Below are positions 1-9,376 of a stretch of 36,025 nucleotides of DNA, one piece after another; the stretch's first letter is position 1, and the number at the start of each line of letters is the position of its first letter. Under the pieces are notes generated by a model. It worked only from the letters and a program-made list of their open reading frames with translations. It was not told the origin of the DNA and searched no databases. The stretch lies in assembly GCA_043738765.1 (NCBI GenBank), contig JAYUFH010000188.1, positions 1-36,025 on the forward strand, read 5' to 3'. The position numbers were made by a program, and so were the translations under genes. The DNA comes from Pseudomonadota bacterium. GTDB lineage: Bacteria > Pseudomonadota > Gammaproteobacteria > Acidiferrobacterales > UBA6901.

Positions 1-128
1 AACAGATTTGGACCGAAACCGGTGCGCTTGATGGATTTAAGATATTGCTTCGGGATAATGGCGTCGGTGTCCACGTTCACGCGGTCCAGCGGCACGACCA
101 AGCCGGTTAATTTTTCAAACTTTTGCAT
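1..128 (-). CDS. leuD: 3-isopropylmalate dehydratase small subunit, N-terminal fragment (gene runs off the left edge)
   Basis: Reverse-strand translation from ATG (126-128) reads [43 protein letters not shown], a typical LeuD N-terminus. It lies directly downstream of leuC on the same strand. It is absent from the ORF track because it is truncated by the window edge. Confidence 0.85.
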   Translation of the reverse strand, partial: MQKFEKLTGLVVPLDRVNVDTDAIIPKQYLKSIKRTGFGPNL

Positions 129-157
129 ACATAAACCCTCGAAGAAAAACCCTTGCA

Positions 158-224
158 CCGCCAAGACGCCAAGAAAAACAGGATTTCATTTTTATAATCT
201 TGGCGTCCTTGGCGTCTTGGCGGT
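158..224. repeat. REP-like palindromic element, family B (CTTGGCGTC units), inside the leuC-leuD spacer
   Basis: ACCGCCAAGACGCCAAG (158-174) is the exact reverse complement of CTTGGCGTCTTGGCGGT (208-224), giving a 17-bp stem. The loop holds an extra CTTGGCGTC copy (199-207). Related copies occur at 3039-3107 and 27923-27941. Confidence 0.8.
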
Positions 225-233
225 TCAAAAAAA

Positions 234-1640
234 TTATTTCAACTCTCTGACATCGACAAAATGCCCGGCGACCGCGGCGGCGGCGGCCATGGCGGGGCTC
301 ACCAGATGGGTGCGTCCACCGGGACCCTGACGGCCCTCGAAATTTCGATTCGAGGTGGATGCACAACGCTCGCCCGGTTCCAATCGATCCGCATTCATCG
401 CCAGACACATAGAACATCCCGGCTCACGCCACTCGAAACCGGCATCGAGAAACACCCGGTGCAATCCCTCGCGCTCCGCCTGCGCCTTGACCAGCCCGGA
501 CCCCGGTACCACCAGGGCCAGTTTGATGTTTTGCGCAACGCGCCGACCCTTGACCACCTCCGCCGCGGCACGCAGATCCTCGATGCGCGAATTGGTGCAC
601 GAACCGATGAAGATTTTGTCGATGGCGATGGAACGGATCGGCGTGCCAGGCCGGAGGTCCATGTACTTGAGGGCATGCTGCATGCTCTCGCGCCGCACCG
701 GATCGGTCTCGTTCCGCGGATCGGGCACCACCCCACCCACCGCCACCACCATTTCCGGTGACGTGCCCCAGCTCACCTGGGGCTGCAGTTCCACCGCCGA
801 CAACACCACTTCATGCTCGAAGGCAGCGTCCGTGTCGCTCTGCAATCCGCGCCAGGCGCTCACCGCCTGATCCCACAGGGCGCCGGTCGGCGCATAGGTG
901 CGTCCGCGGAAATACTCGATGGTCTTGTCATCCGCTGCGATCATGCCGGCACGGGCGCCCGCCTCGATGGCCATGTTGCACACCGTCATGCGACCCTCCA
1001 TGGACAATGCCTGGATAGCTGAACCGGCAAACTCGATGGCACAGCCATTGCCCCCGGCGGTGCCGATGCGGCCGATGATCGTCAGCACGATGTCCTTGGC
1101 GGTGACCCCCGGCGGAATATCCCCCTCGACCCGCACGCGCATATTTTTGGCTTTCTTGAGGATCAGGCATTGGGTCGCCAAGGCATGTTCCACCTCCGAC
1201 GTGCCGATGCCAAAGGCCAGAGCGGCAAAAGCGCCGTGGGTGGAGGTATGGGAATCGCCGCACACCACCGTCATACCCGGCAGGGTGGCACCCTGCTCCG
1301 GGCCGATGACGTGTACGATGCCCTGACGTGGGTCATTCATGCCGAACTCGGTGATACCGAATTCGCGACAGTTATCATCGAGGGTCTGGACCTGCAAAAG
1401 TGAAATGGGGTCCTGGATCCCGCTGCTGCGGTCCGTGGTGGGCACGTTGTGATCCGCTGTGGCCAGGTTGGCATCCGCCCGCCAGGGTTTGCGTCCCGCG
1501 AGGCGCAGTCCCTCGAAGGCCTGGGGGCTGGTCACCTCGTGCACCAGGTGACGATCGATGTATAGCAGACAGGTACCGTCCTCGTTGGCGCGCACCACGT
1601 GGGCCTCCCACAACTTGTCGTATAAGGTTCTTCCTGCCAT
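234..1640 (-). CDS. leuC: 3-isopropylmalate dehydratase large subunit
   Basis: Track ORF 234..1868(-). The internal ATG at 1638-1640 gives [16 protein letters not shown]..., a typical LeuC start. Aconitase-family blocks are present: [35 protein letters not shown]. The upstream 76 codons of the track ORF cross the divergent promoter region and are not credible. Confidence 0.97.
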   Translation of the reverse strand: MAGRTLYDKLWEAHVVRANEDGTCLLYIDRHLVHEVTSPQAFEGLRLAGRKPWRADANLATADHNVPTTDRSSGIQDPISLLQVQTLDDNCREFGITEFGMNDPRQGIVHVIGPEQGATLPGMTVVCGDSHTSTHGAFAALAFGIGTSEVEHALATQCLILKKAKNMRVRVEGDIPPGVTAKDIVLTIIGRIGTAGGNGCAIEFAGSAIQALSMEGRMTVCNMAIEAGARAGMIAADDKTIEYFRGRTYAPTGALWDQAVSAWRGLQSDTDAAFEHEVVLSAVELQPQVSWGTSPEMVVAVGGVVPDPRNETDPVRRESMQHALKYMDLRPGTPIRSIAIDKIFIGSCTNSRIEDLRAAAEVVKGRRVAQNIKLALVVPGSGLVKAQAEREGLHRVFLDAGFEWREPGCSMCLAMNADRLEPGERCASTSNRNFEGRQGPGGRTHLVSPAMAAAAAVAGHFVDVRELK

Positions 1641-1686
1641 TACCCACCCCTCGCGATTGATCTTGCGTGAAGTGTAGGGAAGGACT

Positions 1687-1714
1687 ATAAATAACTCAAA
1701 TTCATATTTATAAT
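1687..1714. promoter_or_regulatory. Candidate LysR-type operator and -10 element in the leuC / LysR divergent region
   Basis: A/T-rich 94-bp divergent spacer. Inverted repeat ATAAAT (1687-1692) N13 ATTTAT (1706-1711), overlapping TATAAT (1709-1714) 21 nt upstream of the LysR ATG. Motif reading only. Confidence 0.3.
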
Positions 1715-1734
1715 ATATTCGATTACTAAAAATT

Positions 1735-2604
1735 ATGGATATCGCCGCCCTCCAGGCCTTCGTAGCCATCGCCGATTCGGGTTCATTTTCCCGCGCCGCC
1801 GACGCCCTTTTTTTAACCCAACCCGCCATCAGCAAACGCATTGCCACCCTGGAAACAGAGCTGGGCATCCCCTTGTTCGATCGGATCGGTCGTGGGGTAC
1901 AACTCAGCCCTGCGGGAATCGCGTTACTGGATCAGGCGCGGCGTATCCTGAATGAAGTGGCGGAGGCCAAACGCCGCATCGCCGGGCTGTCCGGTCAAAT
2001 CAAAGGTCCCCTCACCCTCGGGACCAGCTATCACATCGGCCTGCATCGTCTGCAACCGGCGTTGAAGGCCTTCAGCCAGCAACATCCCGAGGTCCACTTG
2101 GACCTGCGCTTCATGGATTCCGAGGCCGCCGCCCAGGCGGTGGAAAATGGGCAGCTGGAGTTGGCGATTGTCACCCTGCCGAACCGTCCCGCGGCGTCGC
2201 TGCACTGCGAAACCCTGTGGGACGACGCCCTGGAGGTGGTGGTGGGTCACGACCACGCCCTGGCGGGTAACCAAGCCACCCCCCTCGACGCATTGACACA
2301 TTACCCCGCCATACTGCCTGTGGCCGGTACCGCCACGCGGGAAATCATCCTCGCTGGATTGGCGCCCATACGCGATCGCCTGCATATCGGCACGCAAACA
2401 AATTATCTGGACGTGATTAAAATGCTGGTGTCCATCGGACTGGGCTGGAGTGCCCTGCCTCACACCTTGATTGACGCTGAACTCAAAGTGGTCCAGATTG
2501 AAGGGATACGGATACGACGCCAGCTGGGTAGCGTAACCCATGTGTCCCGCACCCTGTCCAACGCGGCCCAGGCGATGATCGCCATGGTGAAACAAAACGT
2601 ATGA
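1735..2604 (+). CDS. LysR-family transcriptional regulator, divergent from leuCD
   Basis: N-terminal wHTH ([61 protein letters not shown]) followed by a LysR substrate-binding-type C-terminal domain. 289 aa. Confidence 0.9.
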   Translation: MDIAALQAFVAIADSGSFSRAADALFLTQPAISKRIATLETELGIPLFDRIGRGVQLSPAGIALLDQARRILNEVAEAKRRIAGLSGQIKGPLTLGTSYHIGLHRLQPALKAFSQQHPEVHLDLRFMDSEAAAQAVENGQLELAIVTLPNRPAASLHCETLWDDALEVVVGHDHALAGNQATPLDALTHYPAILPVAGTATREIILAGLAPIRDRLHIGTQTNYLDVIKMLVSIGLGWSALPHTLIDAELKVVQIEGIRIRRQLGSVTHVSRTLSNAAQAMIAMVKQNV

Positions 2605-3011
2605 AATTCATTCAATTGATCGAACAGCTCGCGCGTCAGGTGGGCACCCATCAGATACCGCTCAATCCCGCGGCCACCCAGCGACAGGGCTTGATCGAAT
2701 CCAGCGCCCTGCATTACGCACTCATCACCCGCATTGTCGACGCCATCTACAAAAGAAACCGCTGTCGCCGACTCACCGACCCGGTGGAACGGGATACGAC
2801 GTTCGAGGCATTGGCCCCGATACGGCAGGAGGTGTTGCGCGCCAGCGACACCGACGTCGACGCGGCACGTCTACTGGAGGATCTCTGCGCCTCCATCGCC
2901 ATGGTGTTCGAGCAACACGACCCGGCGAGCTCCGTCGCCCCACGCGCACCGAGCAATCCCCGGAACACGCCGCCGGTACGCCTCAATCCGCTGCGCCGCC
3001 GTATCAAATAA
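2601..3011 (+). CDS. Hypothetical protein (136 aa), translationally coupled to the LysR gene
   Basis: Its ATG overlaps the LysR stop (ATGA at 2601-2604). Third-position G/C bias is typical of neighbouring genes. It is followed by a REP-B hairpin and a T-run. I recognised no family. Confidence 0.6.
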   Translation: MKFIQLIEQLARQVGTHQIPLNPAATQRQGLIESSALHYALITRIVDAIYKRNRCRRLTDPVERDTTFEALAPIRQEVLRASDTDVDAARLLEDLCASIAMVFEQHDPASSVAPRAPSNPRNTPPVRLNPLRRRIK

Positions 3012-3038
3012 ATTAAGAATCTCTAAAATAGGATGCTG

Positions 3039-3107
3039 AACCGCCAAGGCGCCAAGAAAGACTCCTTAATCAACCAGAATAAACTTGGCGTCCTTGGCAT
3101 CTTGGCG
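3039..3107. repeat. REP-like element, family B, between convergent genes (probable bidirectional terminator)
   Basis: AACCGCCAAGGCGCCAAG (3039-3056) faces CTTGGCGTCCTTGGCATCTTGGCG (3084-3107) as an imperfect inverted repeat, followed by ATTAATTTCTTTTTG. Confidence 0.75.
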
Positions 3108-3137
3108 ATTAATTTCTTTTTGTAAGGGACCTAGGCG

Positions 3138-4277
3138 TCATCGGGCTGTCCGGGGATGGAGAAGGAAGTACGCCACGATGAAGGCCATCGTCGCGGCGCC
3201 CGCGGCGATGGCGAACGTCGTCGACGGCCCCAGACTCACCCAAGTCTGCCCACTGTAATAACTCCCCACCGCACCACCAATGCCGAAACTCGCGGAACCG
3301 TAAATGGCCTGCCCGCGATGCTGATGGCGCCCGGTAAAAAACCGATGCACCATCTGCATGGCGGTGGCATGGAACGAGCCGAAGGTGGCGGCGTGCAGCA
3401 CCTGCGCCAGTATCAATACCGAAAGGTGCTGCGGGAAATAACCGATCAGCAGCCAGCGCACCGCCGCGAGAAAAAAACTCGCCAGCAATACCGGCCGCAG
3501 GGCCACGCGCAGCAGCAGGCGCTGCATCAGCAGAAACACACCGATTTCACACACCACGGCAAACGCCCAGAGCAGGCCGATGACACTCTTGCTGTAACCA
3601 TGGTCCTCCAGGTAGATCGAGTAAAAAGTGTAGTACGGGCCGTGACTCACCTGCATGAGAAAACACGCCAGGAGAAAGGCGAACACCTCGGGGCGCAGGA
3701 TGGTTTTCAAAAATGGTTGCGGGTGAGGTAGGTGCACCTTGAATTCGCTTTCCGGCAGGGACAGGCTGTACAACCAAATGCCCGTCATCAATGCCAGCAG
3801 GCTGGGCAATACCCACCACGGACCATGGCGATCGATCACCGCCCCCAGGGCGGTGACACTGAGAATAAAACCGATGGAGCCCCACAACCGCACGCGACCG
3901 TAGGCGCCTGGCTGCGCGCCCAGGTGATTCATGGTGCTGACCTCCACCAAGGGCAACGAGGCGTGCCAGAAAAAACTAAACGCCAGCATCACCAAGGCCA
4001 GCCACCAGAAGCGGGTGTCGAAGAACACACCTATAAAAGCCACGGCGGTGAAAAACGATGCCGCCCGCACCACCGACATGCGGCGAGCGCGATGGTCGGC
4101 GATCCAACCCCACACCAGGGGTGCGACGATGCGCGATACCATCAACAGCGCCACCAGGCTGCCGATGTCTTCCGGGCTGAATCCCACGGATTTCAGATAC
4201 AACCCCCAGTACGGCACCAGCACACCGAGGGTCGCGAAATAGAAAAAGTAGAATCCGGAAAGGCGCCAGTAAGGCAT
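3138..4277 (-). CDS. MFS transporter (MFS_1_like / HcaT-like family), about 12 TM
   Basis: 379 aa, hydrophobic throughout. The N-terminus MPYWRLSGFYFFYFATLGVLVPYWGLYLKSVGFSPEDIGSL is characteristic of the HcaT/PPP-type MFS branch. Confidence 0.85.
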   Translation of the reverse strand: MPYWRLSGFYFFYFATLGVLVPYWGLYLKSVGFSPEDIGSLVALLMVSRIVAPLVWGWIADHRARRMSVVRAASFFTAVAFIGVFFDTRFWWLALVMLAFSFFWHASLPLVEVSTMNHLGAQPGAYGRVRLWGSIGFILSVTALGAVIDRHGPWWVLPSLLALMTGIWLYSLSLPESEFKVHLPHPQPFLKTILRPEVFAFLLACFLMQVSHGPYYTFYSIYLEDHGYSKSVIGLLWAFAVVCEIGVFLLMQRLLLRVALRPVLLASFFLAAVRWLLIGYFPQHLSVLILAQVLHAATFGSFHATAMQMVHRFFTGRHQHRGQAIYGSASFGIGGAVGSYYSGQTWVSLGPSTTFAIAAGAATMAFIVAYFLLHPRTAR

Positions 4278-4381
4278 CGTCAGATAGAGCCTGGGGTTAA
4301 TGTAGCGCTGGCTGATGGAAAGCCGCAGGCCAGGAGTGAAGCTGGTTATTCAAACATAGCGATATCGACAACGCCTAGTTT

Positions 4382-4406
4382 GTAGGGTGGGCGATGCCCA
4401 CCCTAC
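4382..4406. repeat. REP-like palindrome, family A (GTAGGGTGGGC-GAT-GCCCACCCTAC)
   Basis: Perfect 11-bp stem with a 3-nt loop, 38 nt downstream of the aroC stop. Confidence 0.85.
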
Positions 4407-4443
4407 ATCGAATGCCACCCGAGCAAGTATTTCAATTATTTCT

Positions 4444-5541
4444 TTAGACGCTGCCGGGGATAACCGGTGTGGTGCGCACCACATCGGCGTTCTGCGCCCG
4501 GTGGCGCAAGGCATGATCCATCACCACAATGGCCAGCATGGCCTCGGCGATAGGGGTGGCGCGTATGCCGACGCAGGGGTCGTGCCGGCCGGTGGTGATG
4601 ACCTCCACGGTTGCGCCATTTATATCCACCGTACGCCCAGGCAAGCGGATGCTGGAGGTGGGCTTAAGGGCAATACTCGCCAGGATGTCCTGGCCGGTGG
4701 AAATACCGCCGAGCACGCCGCCGGCATGGTTGCTGAGAAAACCCTGGGGCGTGATTTCATCGCGATGTTGCGTGCCTTTCTGTTCGACACTGGCGAAACC
4801 GGCGCCGATCTCCACCGCCTTCACCGCGTTGATGCTCATGAGGGCATGGGCGATATCCGCATCCAAGCGGTCGAAGACCGGTTCGCCCAGTCCCAGGGGC
4901 ACATTGCTGGCCACCACGTTGATGCGCGCACCGATGGAATCCCCCTCCTTGCGCAGGGCGTCCATGTAGGCCTCAAGCTCCGCTACCTTGCCGGGGTCGG
5001 GGCAGAAAAATGGATTGCGCTCCACCTCCTCCCAATCGAGTTTGTCGATACGTATGGGACCGAGCTGCGCCAGGTAGCCGCGGATCAGCACATGGTAACG
5101 TTCACGCAGATATTTCTTGGCGATGGCGCCCGCCGCCACGCGCATGGCGGTCTCGCGCGCCGACGAGCGCCCGCCGCCGCGATAGTCCCGCAGGCCGTAT
5201 TTTTGCTGGTAGGTGTAATCCGCATGACCCGGGCGGAAGCGGTCGGCAATCTTGGAATAATCCTGCGAGCGCTGGTCGGTATTGCGTATCAAAAGACCGA
5301 TGGGTGCGCCGGTGGTGCGGCCTTCGAATACGCCGGACAGGATTTCCACTTCGTCCGCCTCGCGCCGCTGGGTGGTGTGGCGCGACTTGCCCGGCTTGCG
5401 CCGGTCGAGGTCATGCTGCAAGTCGCTGGCCGCAAGCCCCATGCCCGGCGGGCAACCATCGACGATGCAGCCGATGGCGGGACCATGGCTCTCGCCAAAG
5501 CTGGTGACGGTAAAGAGTTTGCCTAGGGAATTTCCGGACAT
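4444..5541 (-). CDS. aroC: Chorismate synthase
   Basis: [33 protein letters not shown]..., 365 aa, with full-length resemblance to AroC ([11 protein letters not shown] block present). Confidence 0.97.
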   Translation of the reverse strand: MSGNSLGKLFTVTSFGESHGPAIGCIVDGCPPGMGLAASDLQHDLDRRKPGKSRHTTQRREADEVEILSGVFEGRTTGAPIGLLIRNTDQRSQDYSKIADRFRPGHADYTYQQKYGLRDYRGGGRSSARETAMRVAAGAIAKKYLRERYHVLIRGYLAQLGPIRIDKLDWEEVERNPFFCPDPGKVAELEAYMDALRKEGDSIGARINVVASNVPLGLGEPVFDRLDADIAHALMSINAVKAVEIGAGFASVEQKGTQHRDEITPQGFLSNHAGGVLGGISTGQDILASIALKPTSSIRLPGRTVDINGATVEVITTGRHDPCVGIRATPIAEAMLAIVVMDHALRHRAQNADVVRTTPVIPGSV

Positions 5542-5612
5542 GGCGCCATGGTAGTGAATAAACGCGCGCGGCGACAGCTCAACTTGGGATCAAGTGCGAC
5601 GCGACGCGAAAT

Positions 5613-5921
5613 TCAGAACCCCTCCTTGTGTGCGGTGTTCAGGGCGCCGAGCAAAATATGGAACGGGATGCGCGAACGCCACTGACGCACCAGGGGCATA
5701 AAGGGCAGATCCTGCTTGTCGCCAAACTTGTGCGTGCCGGCCACCACCTCCGCGCGCAATGTCTGCAGGGCTTGGGTGAGTTCCAGATAGACCGGCATTT
5801 GGCTGGCAAACTCCGCGATGCCGGCGTCCTCTTCTTCCGCGCAGCGTATCAGGTCTTCCATCTCGAAGATCGCCTGGCCCAGCAGCTCCAGATAGTCCTC
5901 GGTGGTTTTCGGTTGATACAT
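5613..5921 (-). CDS. Hypothetical acidic helical protein (102 aa)
   Basis: The track ORF 5613..6050(-) is trimmed to the ATG at 5919-5921, which is preceded by GGAGCAGGC (SD). This gives MYQPKTTEDYLELLGQAIFEMEDL... I recognised no family. Confidence 0.55.
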   Translation of the reverse strand: MYQPKTTEDYLELLGQAIFEMEDLIRCAEEEDAGIAEFASQMPVYLELTQALQTLRAEVVAGTHKFGDKQDLPFMPLVRQWRSRIPFHILLGALNTAHKEGF

Positions 5922-5997
5922 GCCTGCTCCTGGATTGACACAATGATTGCCCAGTTTAACGGGTCGGAAAACGAATATCCACGATGTCCGTCCTGGA

Positions 5998-6834
5998 TCA
6001 GGGTGCGACCTCGACCAGCGTGGCGGATTGCGCAAAGAACCATGCCACACCGAACCCGGCCATGAACGACCGATGCACCCGTATCAGTGGACTGTCCGCA
6101 AAGCGCGTGCCGGACAGATCGTCATAACGCGCGAAGGTACCGATCCAAAAATCCTTGTAGCGCTTGCTCAGCGCCAGGGTCAGGCGCGCGCCGCTGTAAC
6201 CGGCGCGCGCATCGTAGGCCGGGCGTGTGGGCGTGGCGAAGACCGGATCAACCTGATAGTAGTAGTCATGATTCTTCTCGCTGGCATACAACGGTCCTAG
6301 GGCTACGCCGAAATTCCAGCCACTGTGCGGCCCGATGTTCTTGATATCCAGATTGAGATGCGGGTTGAACACCCAACCGGCGCTGTTCACATGGGAAAAG
6401 TTCGTGGCAAACACCGCACGCAGGGGCAAACGCAATTGCACCACCGTGTCCGCGACACAGCTATGCCACAAGCAGACCTCCAGGGACGGGCCAACCTCGA
6501 CGGTGGGATCCAGATCCGGCATACCGGCACGTGCCGTGTTTTTGCGGCTCTTGGCCGGAACACCGGCATCGAAACTGAGGTCGAGCCTGACGTTCTCGGT
6601 GCGCAGTAATCGTCCATAAATGCCGGACCGATCCACCCGCAGAACCTTGCCGCGATAGACTATATAAGGTACCGGCAGGAGGTAGCCGCGCTGTTCATCG
6701 GAGCCACGATAATCCGGCGCCGTGAGGCCGCCGAATCCAAATCCCAGCTCCCACAACGGTTGCGTCTCGGCGACCGCGGACAACGGCATGCCCATCACCA
6801 GCACGAGGATCAACCCCCACCCAAATCGCTGCAT
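5998..6834 (-). CDS. mipA: MipA/OmpV-family outer-membrane protein
   Basis: Signal peptide MQRFGWGLILVLVMGMPLSAVA, then ETQPLWELGFGFGGLTAPDYRGSDEQRGYLLPVPYIVYRG, and a C-terminal aromatic-rich beta-barrel ending. The start is chosen at the ATG preceded by GAGGG; upstream in-frame starts at 6849 and 6876 are possible. Confidence 0.85.
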   Translation of the reverse strand: MQRFGWGLILVLVMGMPLSAVAETQPLWELGFGFGGLTAPDYRGSDEQRGYLLPVPYIVYRGKVLRVDRSGIYGRLLRTENVRLDLSFDAGVPAKSRKNTARAGMPDLDPTVEVGPSLEVCLWHSCVADTVVQLRLPLRAVFATNFSHVNSAGWVFNPHLNLDIKNIGPHSGWNFGVALGPLYASEKNHDYYYQVDPVFATPTRPAYDARAGYSGARLTLALSKRYKDFWIGTFARYDDLSGTRFADSPLIRVHRSFMAGFGVAWFFAQSATLVEVAP

Positions 6835-7027
6835 TAATCTTACCCTCATTATTATCGATGTCGCGGCGACAGCCAAAAAAAACCAGTCGGCGCGTGTCGT
6901 GCGCTACGCGGCACGCCCCACGCATGCCACGAACCCGCTGCATTGTAACTGCATTCCGCACCCGGGGCACAACCCCAGGGAACCTCTGAATAAGCCCCAT
7001 CTCGCTATGTACGGAATACAGCCGCTC

Positions 7028-7095
7028 GTAGGGTGGGCATCGCCCACCACACGGGGCGTCGATATATTCCGCTGGGTGGGCGATGCCCACCCTAC
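7028..7095. repeat. REP-A doublet
   Basis: GTAGGGTGGGCATCGCCCACCACAC (7028-7052) and GCTGGGTGGGCGATGCCCACCCTAC (7071-7095) are two hairpin units 18 nt apart. Confidence 0.85.
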
Positions 7096-7138
7096 TCGCC
7101 TGACCCAGCCGCTGTGCGTCCAGGAGGTTACCGCACCA

Positions 7139-7166
7139 TTTACATACAGCGTCATTCGATTATAGT
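7139..7166 (+). promoter_or_regulatory. Sigma70-like promoter for the peptidase/ATP-grasp operon
   Basis: TTTACA (7139-7144), 16-nt spacer, TATAGT (7161-7166), about 115 nt upstream of the ATG at 7281. Confidence 0.4.
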
Positions 7167-7280
7167 AAAAGCACGATAGGGGCTGGACCTCTGCCCATCA
7201 CCGGATTCCGGGAGGCCGTCGGAAAATCAGCGGCGGGCTTTGACGTACCAGCGCTAGCGACACACAGCACGAAACGAGCT

Positions 7281-8330
7281 ATGCAAAAGAAACGCAAAAA
7301 AATAGCGCGCCGTACGCCGCCCCGTGGCTGGTCATCCTGGCCAAAAGAAAAACTCCTGGATCTGCGCGTGCGTGACCTGGGTCTGCGCATCAACGGCAGC
7401 GAACTCAAACCACGACTGCGCCAACTGTACAGCGAGTTGCAACGACGCGGCTTTGTTTTCCGTCCGCACTTCTGGCTGTCGGATGAATGGTACTGTCCGG
7501 ATGGCGTCCCGGGTATCGCCATTCCGTTTTACCTGGCGCACCCGCGCCTGAAGAGACTTGAACGCGACTTCATGCTGGAAGTGGAAGGTGGTTCGCAGGA
7601 GGCCAGCATGCGCCTGCTGCGTCACGAAACCGGCCACGCACTGCTGAATGCCTACCAGCTGAACCGGCGGCGCGACTGGCAGCGACACTTCGGCAAATCC
7701 AGCACCAAGTATCCCGACACCTATCTGCCCAGGCCTTACAGCAAACGCTTTGTCATGCACCTGGCCAACTGGTACGCCCAAAGTCATCCGCATGAAGACT
7801 GGGCCGAGACCTTTGCCGTCTGGCTCAAACCCGGCTCTGATTGGCGCAAGCGTTATCGCGGCTGGCCGGCGTTGAAAAAACTCGAATACGTCGACGGCCT
7901 GATGAACGAAATCCGCGAGCTGCGTCCACGCATACGCAATACACGCGAACAACTTCCGGTGAGCAGTATGCGCATCACCTTGCGCGAATATTACGCCGAT
8001 AAAGAGGCGCGCTACGGCAAAGACAGCCCGGAGTTCTTCGATCGCGACCTGCGCCGGCTGTTCTCCGATGCGGAGGAACACCAACGCAACGAGAAGGCCT
8101 CGCGTTACATCCGCCGGGTACGCGTCGGGATTATCGACATCGTCAGCCGCTGGACATCCGAGTACGACTACCGTATCAACGAAGTACTCAAGGAGATGGT
8201 CGATCGCTGCGACGAACTCGACCTGCGCGTGGTGCGCAGCGAAGAGGAAATGAAACCCGAGATGGCCGCCTGTCTCACTATGTTGGTGATGAACAAATTG
8301 CACAGCAATGGATTCCACGTCTCCCTATGA
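7281..8330 (+). CDS. Putative zinc metallopeptidase (HExxH; Peptidase_Mx-like)
   Basis: 349 aa. Basic N-terminus MQKKRKKIARRTPPRGW. HExxH is present as LLRHETGHALLNAY. The overall sequence resembles the 'putative zinc-binding metallopeptidase' family as I recall it. Confidence 0.75.
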   Translation: MQKKRKKIARRTPPRGWSSWPKEKLLDLRVRDLGLRINGSELKPRLRQLYSELQRRGFVFRPHFWLSDEWYCPDGVPGIAIPFYLAHPRLKRLERDFMLEVEGGSQEASMRLLRHETGHALLNAYQLNRRRDWQRHFGKSSTKYPDTYLPRPYSKRFVMHLANWYAQSHPHEDWAETFAVWLKPGSDWRKRYRGWPALKKLEYVDGLMNEIRELRPRIRNTREQLPVSSMRITLREYYADKEARYGKDSPEFFDRDLRRLFSDAEEHQRNEKASRYIRRVRVGIIDIVSRWTSEYDYRINEVLKEMVDRCDELDLRVVRSEEEMKPEMAACLTMLVMNKLHSNGFHVSL

Positions 8331-9352
8331 AAAAACTGCGCGTCATGCTGCTGGTGCACTACAGCCTGGTCCCGCCGGAGGACCTGACCGATGTCAACGA
8401 TCCGCGCATGCCGACCTACGAGACGGAGTACGACGTCAAGACCGCATTGCTCAAACTCGGCCACGAAGTCCGGGTGATCGGCGTTTATGACGACTTGGCA
8501 CCGATCCGCAGCACCATCGAGGAATGGAAACCGCATATCGCCTTCAACCTGCTGGAGGATTTCGCTGGCAACAGCGCGTTCGACTACTATGTGGTGAGTT
8601 ATCTGGCGATGCTCAAGACACCCTACACCGGCAGCAATCCGCGCGGCCTGCTGCTGTCGCGCGACAAGGCCTTGTCGAAAAAACTGCTCACCTACCATCA
8701 CATCAACGTGCCGGATTTCATGGTCTTCCCGCACGGCAAGAAACTCGGCCGCCTGCGGCGTCTGCGCTTCCCCATGATCGTGAAATCCCTGATCGAAGAG
8801 GGCTCGGTCGGGATCGCCCAGGCGTCGCACGTGGAGAATGAGGCGCAATTGCGCGAGCGCGTGGTGCTGTTGCAGGAAATGACTCAAGGCGACGTCATTG
8901 CCGAACAATATATCGAGGGCCGGGAGCTGTACGTCACGCTGCTGGGCAATACGCGCCTGGATGTCCTGCCGTTGCGCGAACTGGTGTTCGACAAGGTCGA
9001 TGCAGGCCTGCCGCGCATGGCCACCTACAAGGTCAAGTGGGACAAGGAATATCGCGAACGCTGGGGCATCGATTATCAATCGGTACGCAACCTGCCAGCG
9101 GGCATGACCGAACGCATCACCCGGCTAAGCAAGCGCGCCTACCGCATCCTGGACCTGAGCGGTTATGCACGCCTGGATCTGCGTCTGACGCGCGACGGCC
9201 AGATCTACATCCTCGAGGCCAATCCCAACCCAGGTATCGCGCGCACCGACGAATGCGCCTCGTCGGCACTCAAGGCCGGCATCCACTATGAGGAACTGAT
9301 CCAGCGTATACTCAACCTCGGACTCAAGGCCGGCAGCGCGTCAACCGTTTAG
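8327..9352 (+). CDS. ATP-grasp ligase, D-Ala-D-Ala ligase-like family
   Basis: 341 aa. Its ATG overlaps the upstream stop (ATGA 8327-8330). It has a Ddl-like N-domain (MKKLRVMLLVHYSLVPPED...YDVKTALLKLGHEV), an ATP-grasp core (SRDKALSKKLL...PMIVKSLIEEGSVGI...EQYIEGRELYV) and a C-terminal ARLDLRLTRDGQIYILEANPNPG block. Confidence 0.85.
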   Translation: MKKLRVMLLVHYSLVPPEDLTDVNDPRMPTYETEYDVKTALLKLGHEVRVIGVYDDLAPIRSTIEEWKPHIAFNLLEDFAGNSAFDYYVVSYLAMLKTPYTGSNPRGLLLSRDKALSKKLLTYHHINVPDFMVFPHGKKLGRLRRLRFPMIVKSLIEEGSVGIAQASHVENEAQLRERVVLLQEMTQGDVIAEQYIEGRELYVTLLGNTRLDVLPLRELVFDKVDAGLPRMATYKVKWDKEYRERWGIDYQSVRNLPAGMTERITRLSKRAYRILDLSGYARLDLRLTRDGQIYILEANPNPGIARTDECASSALKAGIHYEELIQRILNLGLKAGSASTV

Positions 9353-9376
9353 CTGTCGATAAACAGGAATACACAC

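Noticed and set aside
1641-1868. 76-codon N-terminal extension of leuC given by the ORF track
   Set aside because: The extension runs through the A/T-rich divergent promoter and into the LysR gene. The conserved LeuC N-terminus starts at the ATG at 1640.
4387-5526. 379-aa ORF antisense to aroC
   Set aside because: Shadow ORF of the chorismate synthase gene. It begins inside the REP-A hairpin and has an Ala/Gly/Arg/His-rich low-information sequence.
7332-9079. 328-aa and 303-aa ORFs antisense to the metallopeptidase and ATP-grasp genes
   Set aside because: The plus-strand genes carry recognisable domains and translational coupling. The antisense ORFs have shadow-ORF composition and no start-site signals.
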